In this document: one piece after another, positions 26,706 to 38,961 of the stretch
Layout of the letters: each line of letters starts with the position of its first letter
Position numbering within the stretch: position 1 is the first letter of the stretch
From: Phoronis australis
Lineage: Eukaryota > Animalia > Phoronida
Assembly (NCBI GenBank): GCA_002633005.1
Contig: NMRA01000680.1
Coordinates: 73,913 to 137,912, forward strand
Reading direction: 5' to 3'
Length of the DNA: 64,000 nt
The notes under the pieces: model-generated
The model's database searches: none
Told to the model about the DNA's origin: nothing
The model's input: the letters and a program-made list of their open reading frames with translations, nothing else
Made by a program: the position numbers and the translations under genes

Positions 26706-27419
26706 CGAATGTACACTCTGAATTTCTGTTTGTTGTGACTAAGATATCAATTCAGAATGATTCAAACTTCTGCATTATTTAAGCTATTGGTATTTTGGTA
26801 ATAATTCAATTTTTTATTTAAAATGTACCTATGACCTTTTGCACGAAATCATCACACTGGTAGTCCTATGCTAGGAATATACTCTAGGATTTTTACTTTT
26901 CAATACATTTGATTCAAAATATAAACCAAGCCTCTAAAAGCTTGACTTCACTATGCAGATAGTAAGCAATATAGATGGAAATGAGAGTAATAAAACCATT
27001 TTGTATTTGACAACGATTAGTTACCAAGAAGACCTGTTTTTTATTCTTAAATAGTCAATACTAATTCAAAACTAATATGTAAATGTGACTCTCAAAATAT
27101 AAAATGAGAAATAAAGTGTAAATCATTACTAATCACTGTCATAAAAATGCCTTGTAATTGTTTTTATAAATTAGAGCTTGTGCTAAGCTTGTACAAAATT
27201 ATTCTTTGGACCATGCCGTTGATGGTGCTGATGCATGCCAATGTAAGTAATAATGGTGATGTTTTAAAAGTATTAGTAACTGGACTTCAGCATCTTCCAA
27301 AAAAGTGTGAAGCATGGTTTGGTAGATACATGTAGCATCCACTTCCGGCATTCATGTTTTGATTCACATCACCCGTGTTGTCTGCCAGTGTGAAAACAAT
27401 ACATCTTAATAATTTAATT

Positions 27420-27800
27420 GATTAAGGATTATGATTTAGGAATATGTAGAACTATCTTATCAGATGTTGGTTTCTATTTTATTAGTGATTTAGCGTGGTT
27501 AAGTTTTCATTCAGCTCTTTAACTCATGCCTTCTTTTCAAATTTAAAAAAAAAGGCTTTAAATAACGTAACATCACAGGACGCGCAGGTACAATTATGAA
27601 TTTCCTGATCCACGATGGGATTTTTTTGAGTTTCAAAGAATATTCTGACATTTATTTATTCTTCTCCCAGTTACAACTGTTCTTGCCATGTTCTCCAACC
27701 ATTTCCTCTATTGTTCCTAAATGCTGGTTTAATATCCTCGAAGCTCAGGAGAAAAAAATTAGTCTAATTCTTAAAAAGATTGGGGCATAAAAATATGTCA
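27420..27800 (+). mobile_element. L1/Tx1-type ORF2 C-terminal fragment (degenerate)
   Basis: LIHDGIFLSFKEYSDIY...LFL...SSIVPKCW resembles the GxFLS...FL...IPxxW stretch of Tx1-clade ORF2. Confidence 0.4.
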
Positions 27801-28297
27801 CATGAGACAATGTAATCACTAGCAATGAAATAATTGCATACAAGCCACCCAATGACCAAATACACTGAAAAACACAAAAAACACAAAAAGAGTGACTACA
27901 GTCATTGAGGGTATGACAAAAATGCTCAATAAAGTAGGTGACAGGTTCCTATGCTTAAAAATGCCTAATATCAGCTTTTTCAACACAAAAGACACCATAG
28001 CAGGCCAGAGAAGATATAACATGTTGATTCCAGGGCATTACCAACTTGGCATGTATTCCTTTAGGTCTCTTGTTATTAAAACTCTAGAGCACTGCATCAT
28101 GAATTTCCCAAAAGCTAAGTATTTCTTTACAAACATGGGATGCGAACACAAAAACAATTTAGATTTTTTCAAAAAGCTACTGGCGTAAGGATGCCATATG
28201 GAGCGATTACCGTCTCTAATGTAGCCAGTTGAGACAGTGTCGATGGTACTGTCCACACAACAGTGCACAGGCACAGCTAGAACTTGCTGGCAATTAA

Positions 28298-30672
28298 ATG
28301 CGAAGGCAACCTTTTTTCATGTCATTTTTAGCAAAAATAAGGTTCGTTGATTATCTCAGACATACTTTTCACTTAATTACAACTTTTTGTTATCTAATTA
28401 ATTATTCGTTCTCTACTTTGGAAGTGATGTTTTGGGAGGCAAGAATTTCATGCCAATTTCTTTTCATATGGTCTAACTATAAGAGCTGTCGAGTCTGTCA
28501 TTGTTCTACCCCTGTTGTGATAAGTTCAGTCGTCGTTTGCTCTTGTTTATGAGTCAGTCAACATGCCACAATGCTGTGGCATACCGGGATGTACTCATTA
28601 TCGCTCAGAGTCTGTAAGCAGCCCTGCTGCGATGTTGAGTAGTGGGAGTGAATACAGGCCCAGTTTGACACCCAGTGAGCAGGGCAGTTCATTGTTCAAC
28701 GAACAGATTGGTAAGCCAAACTCTGATAAGTTTATTATGGACTTGTCTTAAGTATAGACAGATTCCATTACAGAAACTGCCGAAATCCTGGGGAGCGCCA
28801 TATTGAGGTCACGACATTACAGGCATGCTAGACTAAACACTGGGTCAGTACAGCCTGTCTGTAAACAAGCCTTCTGAGCTGGTGTGCCTGTTTGTGTTTT
28901 GTATTTTGTAGCAGATCAGCTGATTTGAAATCATTGATGGGGGGTAAAACCTAAAGCCAGTACAAATCACACAATACTGCAAAGTATATGGTTGCAATGG
29001 CACCAAAAATGGGTACACCATGTACGTATCTAAGCATCTGGGGGGCAGGGGTAGTGACAAATACATTGTTCAAAAATCTGGATTTCTGAAATACTTTTAC
29101 CTAAAGACAAACTTATGGCAGATAGAGGTTTTACTACTGAACTCCTGCGACGAGTTAAGTTAAACATACCAGCTTTCACCAAAGGCAAGTCACACCTCAG
29201 TAAAAAGGTATGACAAAAACGTCTACAGAGCATTTCCACAGTAAGAATCCATTTGGAGCGAGCAATATGGAGACTTAAAAGTTTTCAAAATTTTGAGTAC
29301 CAGTATTCTAGTGTAAAGCACAGAACCAGTGGATAACTACTTGATTTTATGTGCTGGGCTTGTGAACCTACTTGCTGATCTGATCACAGATCAAAATTTG
29401 GAAGACATGGACTAACGTCCGCAGTTTTTAAGTTGCCCATTCTAAGTGGTAACATGTACTGTTTCAAGAAATTTCTGAAAGTAAAATGTATGCAACTGTG
29501 CAACAGTTTGCTCAACAAAGCTTTCTGTGCAGCACATCTACGTTATAATAAAGTCATTGTCACGAACTTTAAAATTAGCGCCTACGTAAATAAACTGAAG
29601 GTGGTGCTTCTGTTTGGCCTAAAACAAATGTGATCAAGGTCATTGTCAGTTGTGTACATAACTAGTTTTGCTTTCTTAGTACAAAACATGGTTGTTGACA
29701 CCATTTTTTAAATGAACTGCTTGATGTGGGTATCACCAGGATAGTAATGTGGTGCAATGAGTGAACTAAGTGACTAAAGGAAACAATCTTAATGACAGCT
29801 TGTTAAGATTGTTTTAGTGATTAAGTTCAACTAATGGAGATCATACGAAATTCATCACAATGTTGCAATATTAGGAAATGGTTATTTGGCCCTGGGATGT
29901 TTCTGTGAACACTGTGTCATCTTGTTTTCGTGTGTGGATAGATTCCAGGGGACAGTTCAGCCTCAGGAAAGTAAACAGTACATGACCAATGCTGGAGCAG
30001 ATCCATTTGAAATAATTAAAACCCAAGTTAGAATAACAAACAAACAACAAATTCATGTCAGATCACATATTTAATAAAACACAAACCTTATAAAACCCAG
30101 GGATATGACTTTGAATAGCTCACTACCATGCTGAATAGCTGTGCTGTTTTTGTTTTGAGCATTCGTGTAACGACTGACTTTGGTATGCAAAGCCTGTGGC
30201 TGTTATGTAAACTATAGTATGAAGTTACACGATCTCTGTCTATTAGGGCTATTTAGAAGGTGCCAGATGTGTGGCAAAGGAGTTTGGTGGGCTCAGGTCA
30301 CTATCCAGTTGGAGTGTGTCGCGGAACACTGGGGCAAGTGGGACAGTTGTTCCTCTGTCCGTGAGCCGATAATGAGTACATCGCGGTATGCAGCAACAGT
30401 GTGGCATGTTGACTGCCTCGTAAACAAAAGCAAACAACGACCGAACTTATCACAACCGAGATAGAACAATAACAACTTGTCAGCACTCACAGTCAGACTA
30501 TATAAAAATAAATTGGCGCGAAATTCTTGCCTCCCAAAACGTCACTTCCGGAGTAGAGGGCGAGTAATTGTTTAAATTACCAAAAAGCAGTAATCAAGTG
30601 AAAAATATGGCTGGAATAATCAACGAATCTTGGCTAAAAATGCCATGAAAAAAGGTTGCCTTCGCTTCGACT
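28298..30672. mobile_element. TTAA-flanked DNA transposon with ~310-bp TIRs; decayed THAP + DDE_Tnp_4 (ISL2EU/Harbinger-type) transposase on plus and THAP + YqaJ-like ORF on minus
   Basis: TTAA at 28294-28297 and 30673-30676; 28298-28608 inverted at 30362-30672; plus-strand 28960-29300 encodes YKSHNTAKYMVAMAP, GRGSDKYIVQKSGFL, LMADRGF, LNIPAFTKGKSHL and VRIHLERAIWRLK; MPQCCGIPGC (28563, +) and MPHCCCIPRC (30437, -) are THAP-like starts. Confidence 0.85.
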
Positions 30673-30843
30673 TTAACTAGTTTAACGACGGTCGAGTCTC
30701 CGTATATCTTGCCTTGTAACTCAGTCCACATCGTTCTTTCGAGAATCACGTTTCACTTTCTTACTTTTATTGTAACATTTTAACTCATTTAGTGAGGAAA
30801 TGTATGAATCCAACCGATTAAGCCCAACTCAAGCCAATATTAC

Positions 30844-30866
30844 CTGCATCCTGTGGAAGCTGCCAT
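30844..30866 (-). CDS. ATPSCKMT: ATPSCKMT/FAM173B-like exon 1 (start codon)
   Basis: ATG GCA GCT TCC ACA GGA TGC AG|gtaata joins in frame to exon 2 (MAASTGCSNMVEED...); CpG-richer promoter-like sequence upstream. Alternatively, translation starts at ATG 25865. Confidence 0.6.
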
Positions 30867-32495
30867 TAGTCGAACAGCACCACCTATCGTGAACTTATTA
30901 CGCGCCATCTCGTGGCAATTCTCATTATCACGTCATTCGATGCTTCGGCAGTGCATGGCTGCTTACCGTGCCTTCATCAAATCATGTACACTTTGCATTC
31001 GAGCCGCATGAAAAGCCTACTTTGCAATCGTTGTAACCAGTGAGGTTGTTAGAGGTTTCACAGAAATGTTGGTGCGTGACTTTTGAAAATATCTCCGGTA
31101 AAATTTTAATTACTTGTTATGTAGTACTATTGACATGAATGTACCCCAAAGACCTTCGACCGACAATCGGTGTCGACTTAAATCACGCCAATTAACATGA
31201 CAATGAAAACAGACACCATAAATGTTCTGTGTTATTTTCTTTTGTATTTGTTTATTTAGATAAAAAAACACGTCGCACTGCCTTTCGCATCCAGTTCTGT
31301 GGAAAAAGTAGCGATGTCATGAGACAGGCTATACTGACCGGCATTTGGTCGGGGTTTAGATACCCCAAAGCCTAAGCAAGTCCGCCGGACAGTGACTGAC
31401 ACGTCTTTATCGATTCACATGTCCATGCTCTTGGCTTAGCCGCAAAACTGAAGCCGAAAAACCATTCGGTAACTCAGTGGATTCCTCTAATAATTCATAT
31501 AGATTTTAAAAAATCAGACGGCTACACGCCGGTGGGTTCCATCGAAACAGGAACCCCGGTGTAAAACCCGGGACTCGAAAAAATTGTCCGAGTTTCCTGT
31601 CTAATCCCAATGATTCCTGTTTAAAGGGTCGGGGATGCTGTTTTTCCCGCTGGTTAGCTGTTTCGAAGCCTGGTGAGGTGCACCGGAGTCTGTTTTCGAC
31701 TCAGGGATAGTCTCATGTGTTTCACTAAAACCGCCGGGGGTTTCTGATTCGAAGGGATACCCTGTACTAGGCCTAATTACTTTTCAATTTTAGAATAGTC
31801 ATGTTGGTCGTTTGCGTTACAGTGTATTGTTAGATTTTTTACATTAAAAATCATACACTAACCAGGCGTGTTAGTTTACAGCCGCAAAAGATGAACACAT
31901 CCAGCACGCCGTTCTGCAAAGCCCGTGAATCTAGTAGCGACTAGCTCACTCATTCAATTTGTGACGGCGCCGTAAAGTCCTTGATGTGCCGGGGACTTCA
32001 CTGGATACCCTGCTGGTAAACGGTACAGGTTTCTTCATCCACTTGCGAGCAAATCTTGTTAGCGGTATTTGCCTAGCGTACATTGCAGTCCGAGGGGTGG
32101 CCGGGCTTCAGACGTGTGAAGAAAATTACTTCATTTCTTCAAAAAAAAAAAAAAACAAAAAAAAACGGAAGCTGGGCGACGATGTAGAAACAGAAGCTGC
32201 TGATGACATGTATATGTCAATGGAAGCCCTATTGAATCATTCAGAAACTCAAAATTCTCTCTTTGTCAAACATTAAAATTACAACAATTTACAAAGGAAG
32301 CGCGTGGTAAATGCCAACACGAAAAAGGCATTTGGTCTTTTCGGCAACTAAAAACTGTTTTAAAAAGAACAACTACGAACTGGTTGCACAACAGATAACG
32401 CTTTAAATAAACATTACGGAAAAAAGCTGGTTCGCGAGCGCTGTGGTCCATCGCCGGAAACAAGTATGTCTTTTAGCAACTTGTAGAAGTTAATT

Positions 32496-32537
32496 GGTAG
32501 CGTGGTGGCGCAATGGAAGAGCACGCGCTCTCTAATC
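32496..32537 (+). mobile_element. tRNA-derived SINE head or tRNA pseudogene 5' half
   Basis: ggtagcgtggTGGCGCAATGGaagagcacgcgctctctaatc contains a Pol III A box and a tRNA-like D arm; no B box or T arm follows. Confidence 0.45.
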
Positions 32538-34753
32538 ATAAATAATTTCCCATTTTTGAATAATTAGACCAAAGTAGAGCCGTCAAGGGCTGATTTTACT
32601 TTAGACATCAATGAAAATGCCTGTTTTCTGAAGCAGAGATAAAATTTTCCATTGGGCAGACGGGGAAACCACCCTCCCGACCTTCCCCATTGGTCGCCAC
32701 GCGCCTCAGTCCACAATCACGTTTAGCGCGATTGTCTACGAGAAAAAATTTCTGGTCCCCTTATAATATCCTAGATCTACCACTGCAACTAGTTACGTTT
32801 CCACTTCATTATTTTACTAGAGCACTCTGCATACAATCTTCAGGGAGACTTGGGTGATAACAGGCTCAACATATCGTCACTTATTGCGAGCACAGACTTG
32901 GCTTCAGATATTGATTTAATAATTAAGTCGGGACTATTTCCACATGAGGAAACATTCCGACGATAAAATTAGCCAAAAAGAGTTAGACTTCGGTTCTGTG
33001 GTACCCATTGACGAAGATGATATACAATGAACTGAATTACGTTTCTTTTGAGTAACTCTTTGAAGCGTTGAATGCGCGTCGCCAGTGCCTGCCTTTTACT
33101 AGTTGATGTCTCACGTTGATGATCAACACATGGATAAAATTTGCTTTAAAGACTGGGGAAAAGAAATCTTGGACTTACTGCGTGTGTTGAAACTTTTGTA
33201 AAACATATAATATTGTTTGAGCATCCTTGTCTTGATTTCGGGGCAACGTAAACGGACTAGGGTTTGTTACACAAGTAAAACCTTGTGGCCATTTTGCAAC
33301 AAACAGCACGATCTGTAGTTAGATCGGGTATTTCCGTCAGTCTCTTCCACTTTCCAAAAGTCACATGACTTGTCCATGTATGACAGAAGCTTGCACATGC
33401 GCCGGCAGAACTGCGACGAAATTTTTCAGTGAAATTCATCGGAAATATCAGTGGTCCGAACCACTACATCAAGTCATACGGAATAGATAGTCTTCGATTT
33501 TCAAAAAAACAGTGAATAATTAAAAAAACATGAAACACAAACATATTTTAAACAATTCCTAACGAAATTACTATCTCGCAACGTATAATGGAGATTTATT
33601 CATTTTCTCCTGTGAGGGAATTTCCACCGACGAAAAATCACAATCTCCCGATTACTGAAATACGCGGGAAGAAAATCTCTGTAATCACCACAGAGTTTCT
33701 AATGTTCCTCCCATAGCTGAGTGCCTGAAAAAATGGATATTAGCGGCAGATTATCGTGTGTGAACACACTCCGAATCTGAGGTCGAGACCACTTTATGAA
33801 GCAAGCCAGTAAAGCAAGAGATTTCTTAAAGCGAATTCCAAGTGGAGTTTAGAATATATTTGAAAACTACAATTCCTTTTAAACTAAATTACCACTTCAA
33901 TTGCTTGTAAAACGGGCTGGTACTTGAAGTCGCTATTGTTTTATGGTATGTCTAAGGCCACATTTTCCTTATTAGGGAAATGTGCCACTGCTTTATCTTG
34001 CCTTACCATGTAAGAAAACGTGACTTGTCTTGTCGGAGAAAAATCGACGAATTGACGAGCAATTGACAGATCACTGGTGCTTACGTTTTCACTAGTTTAA
34101 AGATCCTCACATTCAATAGGCAGGTTCATAAAGAAGACCGGTGCAAACGTACCTGCATTTCGACGTCATGTACCCTGTAAACCGTATTTATCTTCACACC
34201 TGATATCAGGTAAGAGTTGCACCTGCTTAACACTGTTTAACTCGTGTCTGTAAACTACAACTGGAAATCATATGCGGTCGTTTTTGTTTTTCTCCTTGGA
34301 TGTGTTTTATTGTCGAGTAATTCAAGAGACTGAGAAAAATTGTAAGGTCACGTGGCCTGTGTTGTGTAATTTACCAGTCTTTGAACTTTTGAGAAAACTC
34401 CCCAAGTGTATTCGAGATTTTATTCAGAACTTTATTGGTGGTCACACTTTCTAGAAAACTACTTCAAACATGTAGATGTTGCTTTTGTTTGAAATTTTGA
34501 GCAGGTCTGGTTGAGTACTTTGATTGCTCCCAAAACATGAGGACTTACTGCGCACGAGTAACTTTTAAAATTTATTCATCATCCACGTGGACTATTCCTA
34601 CAACCGTAACATTTCACGCAGTAGCACATAGACTGAGAAATCAATTTTAATTTAGTTTATTTTTTCTGGGTATGCGAATTGAGGTTTAACGTGCGTGAAT
34701 GTTTACAGACATTTCAAGTTAAAACACAGTAACTGCACAGCAGATACGTCAAG

Positions 34754-36580
34754 TTAGATCGTCAATTTTCTTTCTACTTCACCTGCGATGTTTCTAGCTC
34801 GACAAATGAACTTTTTTGAAGGAATTTGTTTCTTAGAAAGAAGGACGGTCTTGAGGTTGACGTTCGTCTTTCCATAATCTTCTTCTTTAGGCACACTTTG
34901 TGCCATTTGCCTCTGTTCTCTGATTCCACCTTGTTCATGTACATAGATCAATTCGATTTCCGGGATCGGGTCTCCGGACGCTTGACAAGACAGTTGCACC
35001 GTTTCACCTTGTAATCGGACACTGGTTCTGCTTTCGTCGAAAGTGGGTTTAACGCAAACTAAATCTCTGTCCGATGTTTCTTTTAGTAGCAATTTCTGAT
35101 GTGGGGTAGAGCAGCGAACAACCACTCCTCCTCTGTAAAACTGAGCCGGTATCCTTTTCAGCCACGTCAGTTCGCAGTTGCAGTGCAGCTCATTTCCATA
35201 TAGATTTAGGGACTTCAACTTCGAAAAGTAGGGCATCAGTTGTTTCTCATTCAGTGTCTTCAGCGCGTTGTCGTGCAGTTGCAGATGCTCAAGTGACGTC
35301 AGGGATGGAGTTGGAGGAAAGCTCGTGATATGATTGTTGTTTAACAACACCGAACTCAGTCTAGATGAGGACATTAAATTCAGGTCTACCGGAAGTGCTG
35401 TCAGATTGTTGTTACTAAGAGAAAATGATAAAAGTTCTGGTAGATCCATGTTATCGGGAACAGCCGTAAACTGGTTGTTGTTCAAGTACAGGTGGGACAG
35501 TTTCTTCATGTTGTTGAAGATGGTGCCGTCTTTCAGGTTTAGTTCATTTCTTGCAAGATGGAGAGAGTAAAGATTTTGAAGAGGGTCAAAAGCTCCCGTT
35601 TCAACCTTAGTCAGCTTGCAGCTCATCAACGTTAGATATTTTAAGTTTCCGAGACCCTCGAAAGATCCTGAAGACAGTTGGCGTAAGCCGTTATTGGATA
35701 AATCAAGTCTCAATAACTGAGATAGCCCATCAAAGCTATACCTAGGAATGTGATCGATTTGATTTCTTGTCAGTGATAAAGAAGACAATCTGCCAAGATT
35801 CCTGAAAATCCCTGGCTTCAAAATAATTTTGTTTCCACTGAAGTTTACATCTTCGATGGCCTGGAGTGGTTGAAAGACTTGATTCTGAAAGTCCGTCAAG
35901 TCATTACTTCCAAGAAATAGCCGTTTCAGTGAAGCTAGGCCATCAAACCCGCCAACGTCAATTGTACGAATCTTATTACCGTGAAGGCTGAGATGGGTGA
36001 GACCACGCAGCCCAGAAAATGAATATGGTCTGATGCCTTCAATGAGGTTTCGGTTAAGGTTCAGTTCTTTTAGGTTGAACATGTTGTCGAAGGCATTTTT
36101 AGGAATGCTCCTCAGTTCGTTATATGAGAGATCCAAGATTTCAAGACTATCCAACCCATCAAATGGGTTCACGATGTTCTGCACAAGGTTGTCGTGCAAG
36201 GACAACTTTTGAAGCTTCCGACAACCGTAAAAGGAGGTGCCATCGACAATTCTGATTTTATTGTAAGACAATTCGAGTTTTTCCAGTTGCTGAAATGACG
36301 AAAATGCGTAAGGTGCCACGAAATTGATTTCCGCTGATTGAAGCACCAGATCTCGCAGTTGAGTGATACCTTGAACTGCTGTCGGAGTGATATCCCATAA
36401 TTGACACCGAAAGCATAACAGACGAGTTATTGTTGGCGGAAGTGAGTCGGGGAGCGCCTTGAGATCGCTACACCTCGCCTCTTGCCGGGCAACATTGCAA
36501 GCGCAACCTTGTGGACAATTGGCATAACAAGAATGCAGCAGCGTAAGTACGACGAGTAGACGGGTTGTAGCTTGTAACAT
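34754..36580 (-). CDS. Secreted leucine-rich-repeat + Ig-domain protein (signal peptide, LRRNT, ~17 LRRs, LRRCT, one Ig), 608 aa
   Basis: Long uninterrupted ORF. The ATG at 36580 follows a ttatttgcag acceptor (36591) and starts a signal-peptide-like MLQATTRLLVVLTLLHSCYA. CPQGCAC LRRNT, repeated LxxLxLxxNxL, NELHCNCELTWL...CSTP LRRCT, Ig LSCQASGDPIP...FICRARNIAG. AATAAA ~95 nt after the stop. Confidence 0.93.
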   Translation of the reverse strand: MLQATTRLLVVLTLLHSCYANCPQGCACNVARQEARCSDLKALPDSLPPTITRLLCFRCQLWDITPTAVQGITQLRDLVLQSAEINFVAPYAFSSFQQLEKLELSYNKIRIVDGTSFYGCRKLQKLSLHDNLVQNIVNPFDGLDSLEILDLSYNELRSIPKNAFDNMFNLKELNLNRNLIEGIRPYSFSGLRGLTHLSLHGNKIRTIDVGGFDGLASLKRLFLGSNDLTDFQNQVFQPLQAIEDVNFSGNKIILKPGIFRNLGRLSSLSLTRNQIDHIPRYSFDGLSQLLRLDLSNNGLRQLSSGSFEGLGNLKYLTLMSCKLTKVETGAFDPLQNLYSLHLARNELNLKDGTIFNNMKKLSHLYLNNNQFTAVPDNMDLPELLSFSLSNNNLTALPVDLNLMSSSRLSSVLLNNNHITSFPPTPSLTSLEHLQLHDNALKTLNEKQLMPYFSKLKSLNLYGNELHCNCELTWLKRIPAQFYRGGVVVRCSTPHQKLLLKETSDRDLVCVKPTFDESRTSVRLQGETVQLSCQASGDPIPEIELIYVHEQGGIREQRQMAQSVPKEEDYGKTNVNLKTVLLSKKQIPSKKFICRARNIAGEVERKLTI

Positions 36581-36943
36581 CACGGAAAGTCTGCAAATAA
36601 GGGTTAAGAATATCTGGGTTCCATATCTATGACACTGTGTTGCCTTGTCCGGTATAAAGCCAACTGTTGTAACCATAATTATATGTTACATGTATATTAC
36701 TAATAAAATAACAAAAGGAACTACGAATCAAAAGCGTGGGCACAGTACAATGAGACACTTTTATAGTAATCATTCAAACTGTCCAAATCCTTCAAAGATA
36801 AATAACACATACATCCAACAGTTAAACCATACCATAGTTCTAACTAAGATAGAATTCAACAATTTTCACAAGTGTCGAATATAAATCAGAGCTTATTTGA
36901 TTGGTTACAACTAACCGGCTAGTAGCGGCAAAATCGTACTTAC

Positions 36944-37010
36944 TTTCTCTGCAGACCTTTATTGTTGCAAAGTGTTTAACCTACCTAAAGGTGTGCCTAC
37001 ATATATAAGC
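36944..37010 (-). promoter_or_regulatory. Probable TATA-like element and short non-coding first exon of the LRR-Ig gene
   Basis: Consensus donor gtaagt at 36938-36943 (minus); cttatatat ~60 nt upstream. Confidence 0.45.
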
Positions 37011-38369
37011 ACTCACAACGTATAGGTAGCATATCACTAGGTCGTGGTAATGGGCAGCTGGCAGAGCTGTACCGGTGTTTTGATAATTCAAATTTTCGGT
37101 GCATACATGTACGTGAACGCAATATCCTTTCCTTGGGTATTTGATGAAGCGAGTGTAAAAATGATGGAGGTGGATATCAGAGATTTAGAATCTTTGCCTA
37201 CATACGTGGAGCCGTTTAAAACTTTCTAAGTCCAGTCGCAGATTAACTTTTGCCTTAAGCAAGTTGAACCGATTTGCAAAGGCGACACCCTCTTTTTGTA
37301 TGAGTAATGAAATTAAACGATTGCTGCGGACGTAAACGTGATAGAAGTTCACATTCAAGCCGACAGCAAACCTTCATGAACCAAAGTAACGAATCTTATG
37401 CGCCACCTACATTAATAACTTGTCATCGAGTTGAAAGGTAGCAAAGACGGGCCGTTTATAGGTTTTCACTTTTCTACACCGTGACGAGCAACGCATCGGA
37501 CGACTAAAATTGTCAATGTAGGAGGAGTATTTGATGGCGGGTATGTATTGAAATTCTGCACAAGATTGTCGGTATTATATAATCAATATTCATTCTAAGA
37601 CTGACAAATTTCTAATCAAAAAGAGAAACATAATTTTCGTCACAAAATGGAACCCTGCAGCATCAATAAATAAATAAAATTAACCCTAAAAAGCAAAAAA
37701 AACAAAAAAAAAACAAAAAACAAATCAGTATTAAGATAGAGGGCTTGTTTAAACCATGATCATGCACAAGATAGTGCTGGTGTGGCCATAAAAGCGCCTT
37801 ACGGACCTCGCCAAATATCCAACTGTCTCTCACTTGAACCAACTATTCACACCTCCATCAATCCATCCTTTCCCCACCAATCCATCATACAGGAATCAAA
37901 ATCCATCGGAGCGCGCCGTTGAAATGTCACTGCAGCAGACTGGGCGCACCATTGCCTGACGACCGCAGTCCGTTTATATCATAACCGTGTCAGCAGTTCT
38001 TTAGCCATCTCCGCACCTTCTCATCAACACCAATGGTGGCGACATACGAACGTATATTAGTTGAGAGAATCACATGTACTATATAGAATCTGATCGGGAC
38101 TTGTTTGAAACAGTGGTGAGTTCACTGAACAGTTTTTTTGTGCAGTTCTACGAACAAATCTTTACTACCACTATATATTACAATTAAGTATTTTATTCAG
38201 GGATGTCTGGTCTATTCAGGGCTCTAGCTGTTTCGAAGGCGCAGGTGTCTTGCTGAAACGCACTACAGCGTCATATGTGGTGACTGATAAAGCACAGGCT
38301 GATTTAGCCATGACCTTCTCATCAGCCACCATTCGTAAATAATACTTCGAGGAGTGTGACGGATAAATA

Positions 38370-38961
38370 CGCGGACGCTAAAACAACTCGAAATAATACA
38401 CGGAATACGTCGAATATGTCCAAATTAAAAGGCATAGTAGTGTCCATATTAGAAACCCATTTGTCAAATTTCAAAAAAAAAAAGCATCAATGAATTCTGA
38501 AGATACAGAGGCAAACGTAAATAATAAAAACGGCCTCTGTAGGGGTCACAGCTGCAGTCGACATATCTTCCATATCCGTCAACGCGGGAAACGAAATCGC
38601 CACTAGGACCCAAAATAATCGAACCCCAAACATCAGGATCAGAAACATGCTCACCAGGTGAAGCAGAATACATTCAATCCGTGCGAAAATTGGAAGAAAT
38701 CGTCGTCTCCTTAATGGAAGCATATTTGCTAAATTTCACTAAAATCCATCAAGGAACTTCAAAGATACAGAGGCAAACGTTAAAAAATTGACATCAAGGC
38801 GCAAAAACAGTACTCGGGTCTGCCTGCTTCATTGCATTACATCTGCCAAATCTCATCATGATTGTGCGACGGGTTTAGGAGATACAGCCGCGGGCGTTGA
38901 GAAATATGTACATGACGGCAATGTGCACCCACATACTGAGAAATATGTAGGCGCATAAAAA
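38370..38961 (+). mobile_element. Helentron-associated-like tandem-repeat element, copy 2
   Basis: Repeated gaagatacagaggcaaacgtaaaa units; 3' end gacggcaatgtgcacccacata...tatgtaggcgcataaaaa is shared with 42853-42896. Confidence 0.65.

Noticed and set aside
32496-32537. Functional tRNA gene
   Set aside because: Only the 5' half is present; no T arm/B box or acceptor-stem partner
36581-36676. N-terminal 32-aa extension of the 640-aa ORF in the ORF track
   Set aside because: It runs through a good splice acceptor at 36591, and the signal peptide begins at ATG 36580, so the extension is mostly intronic
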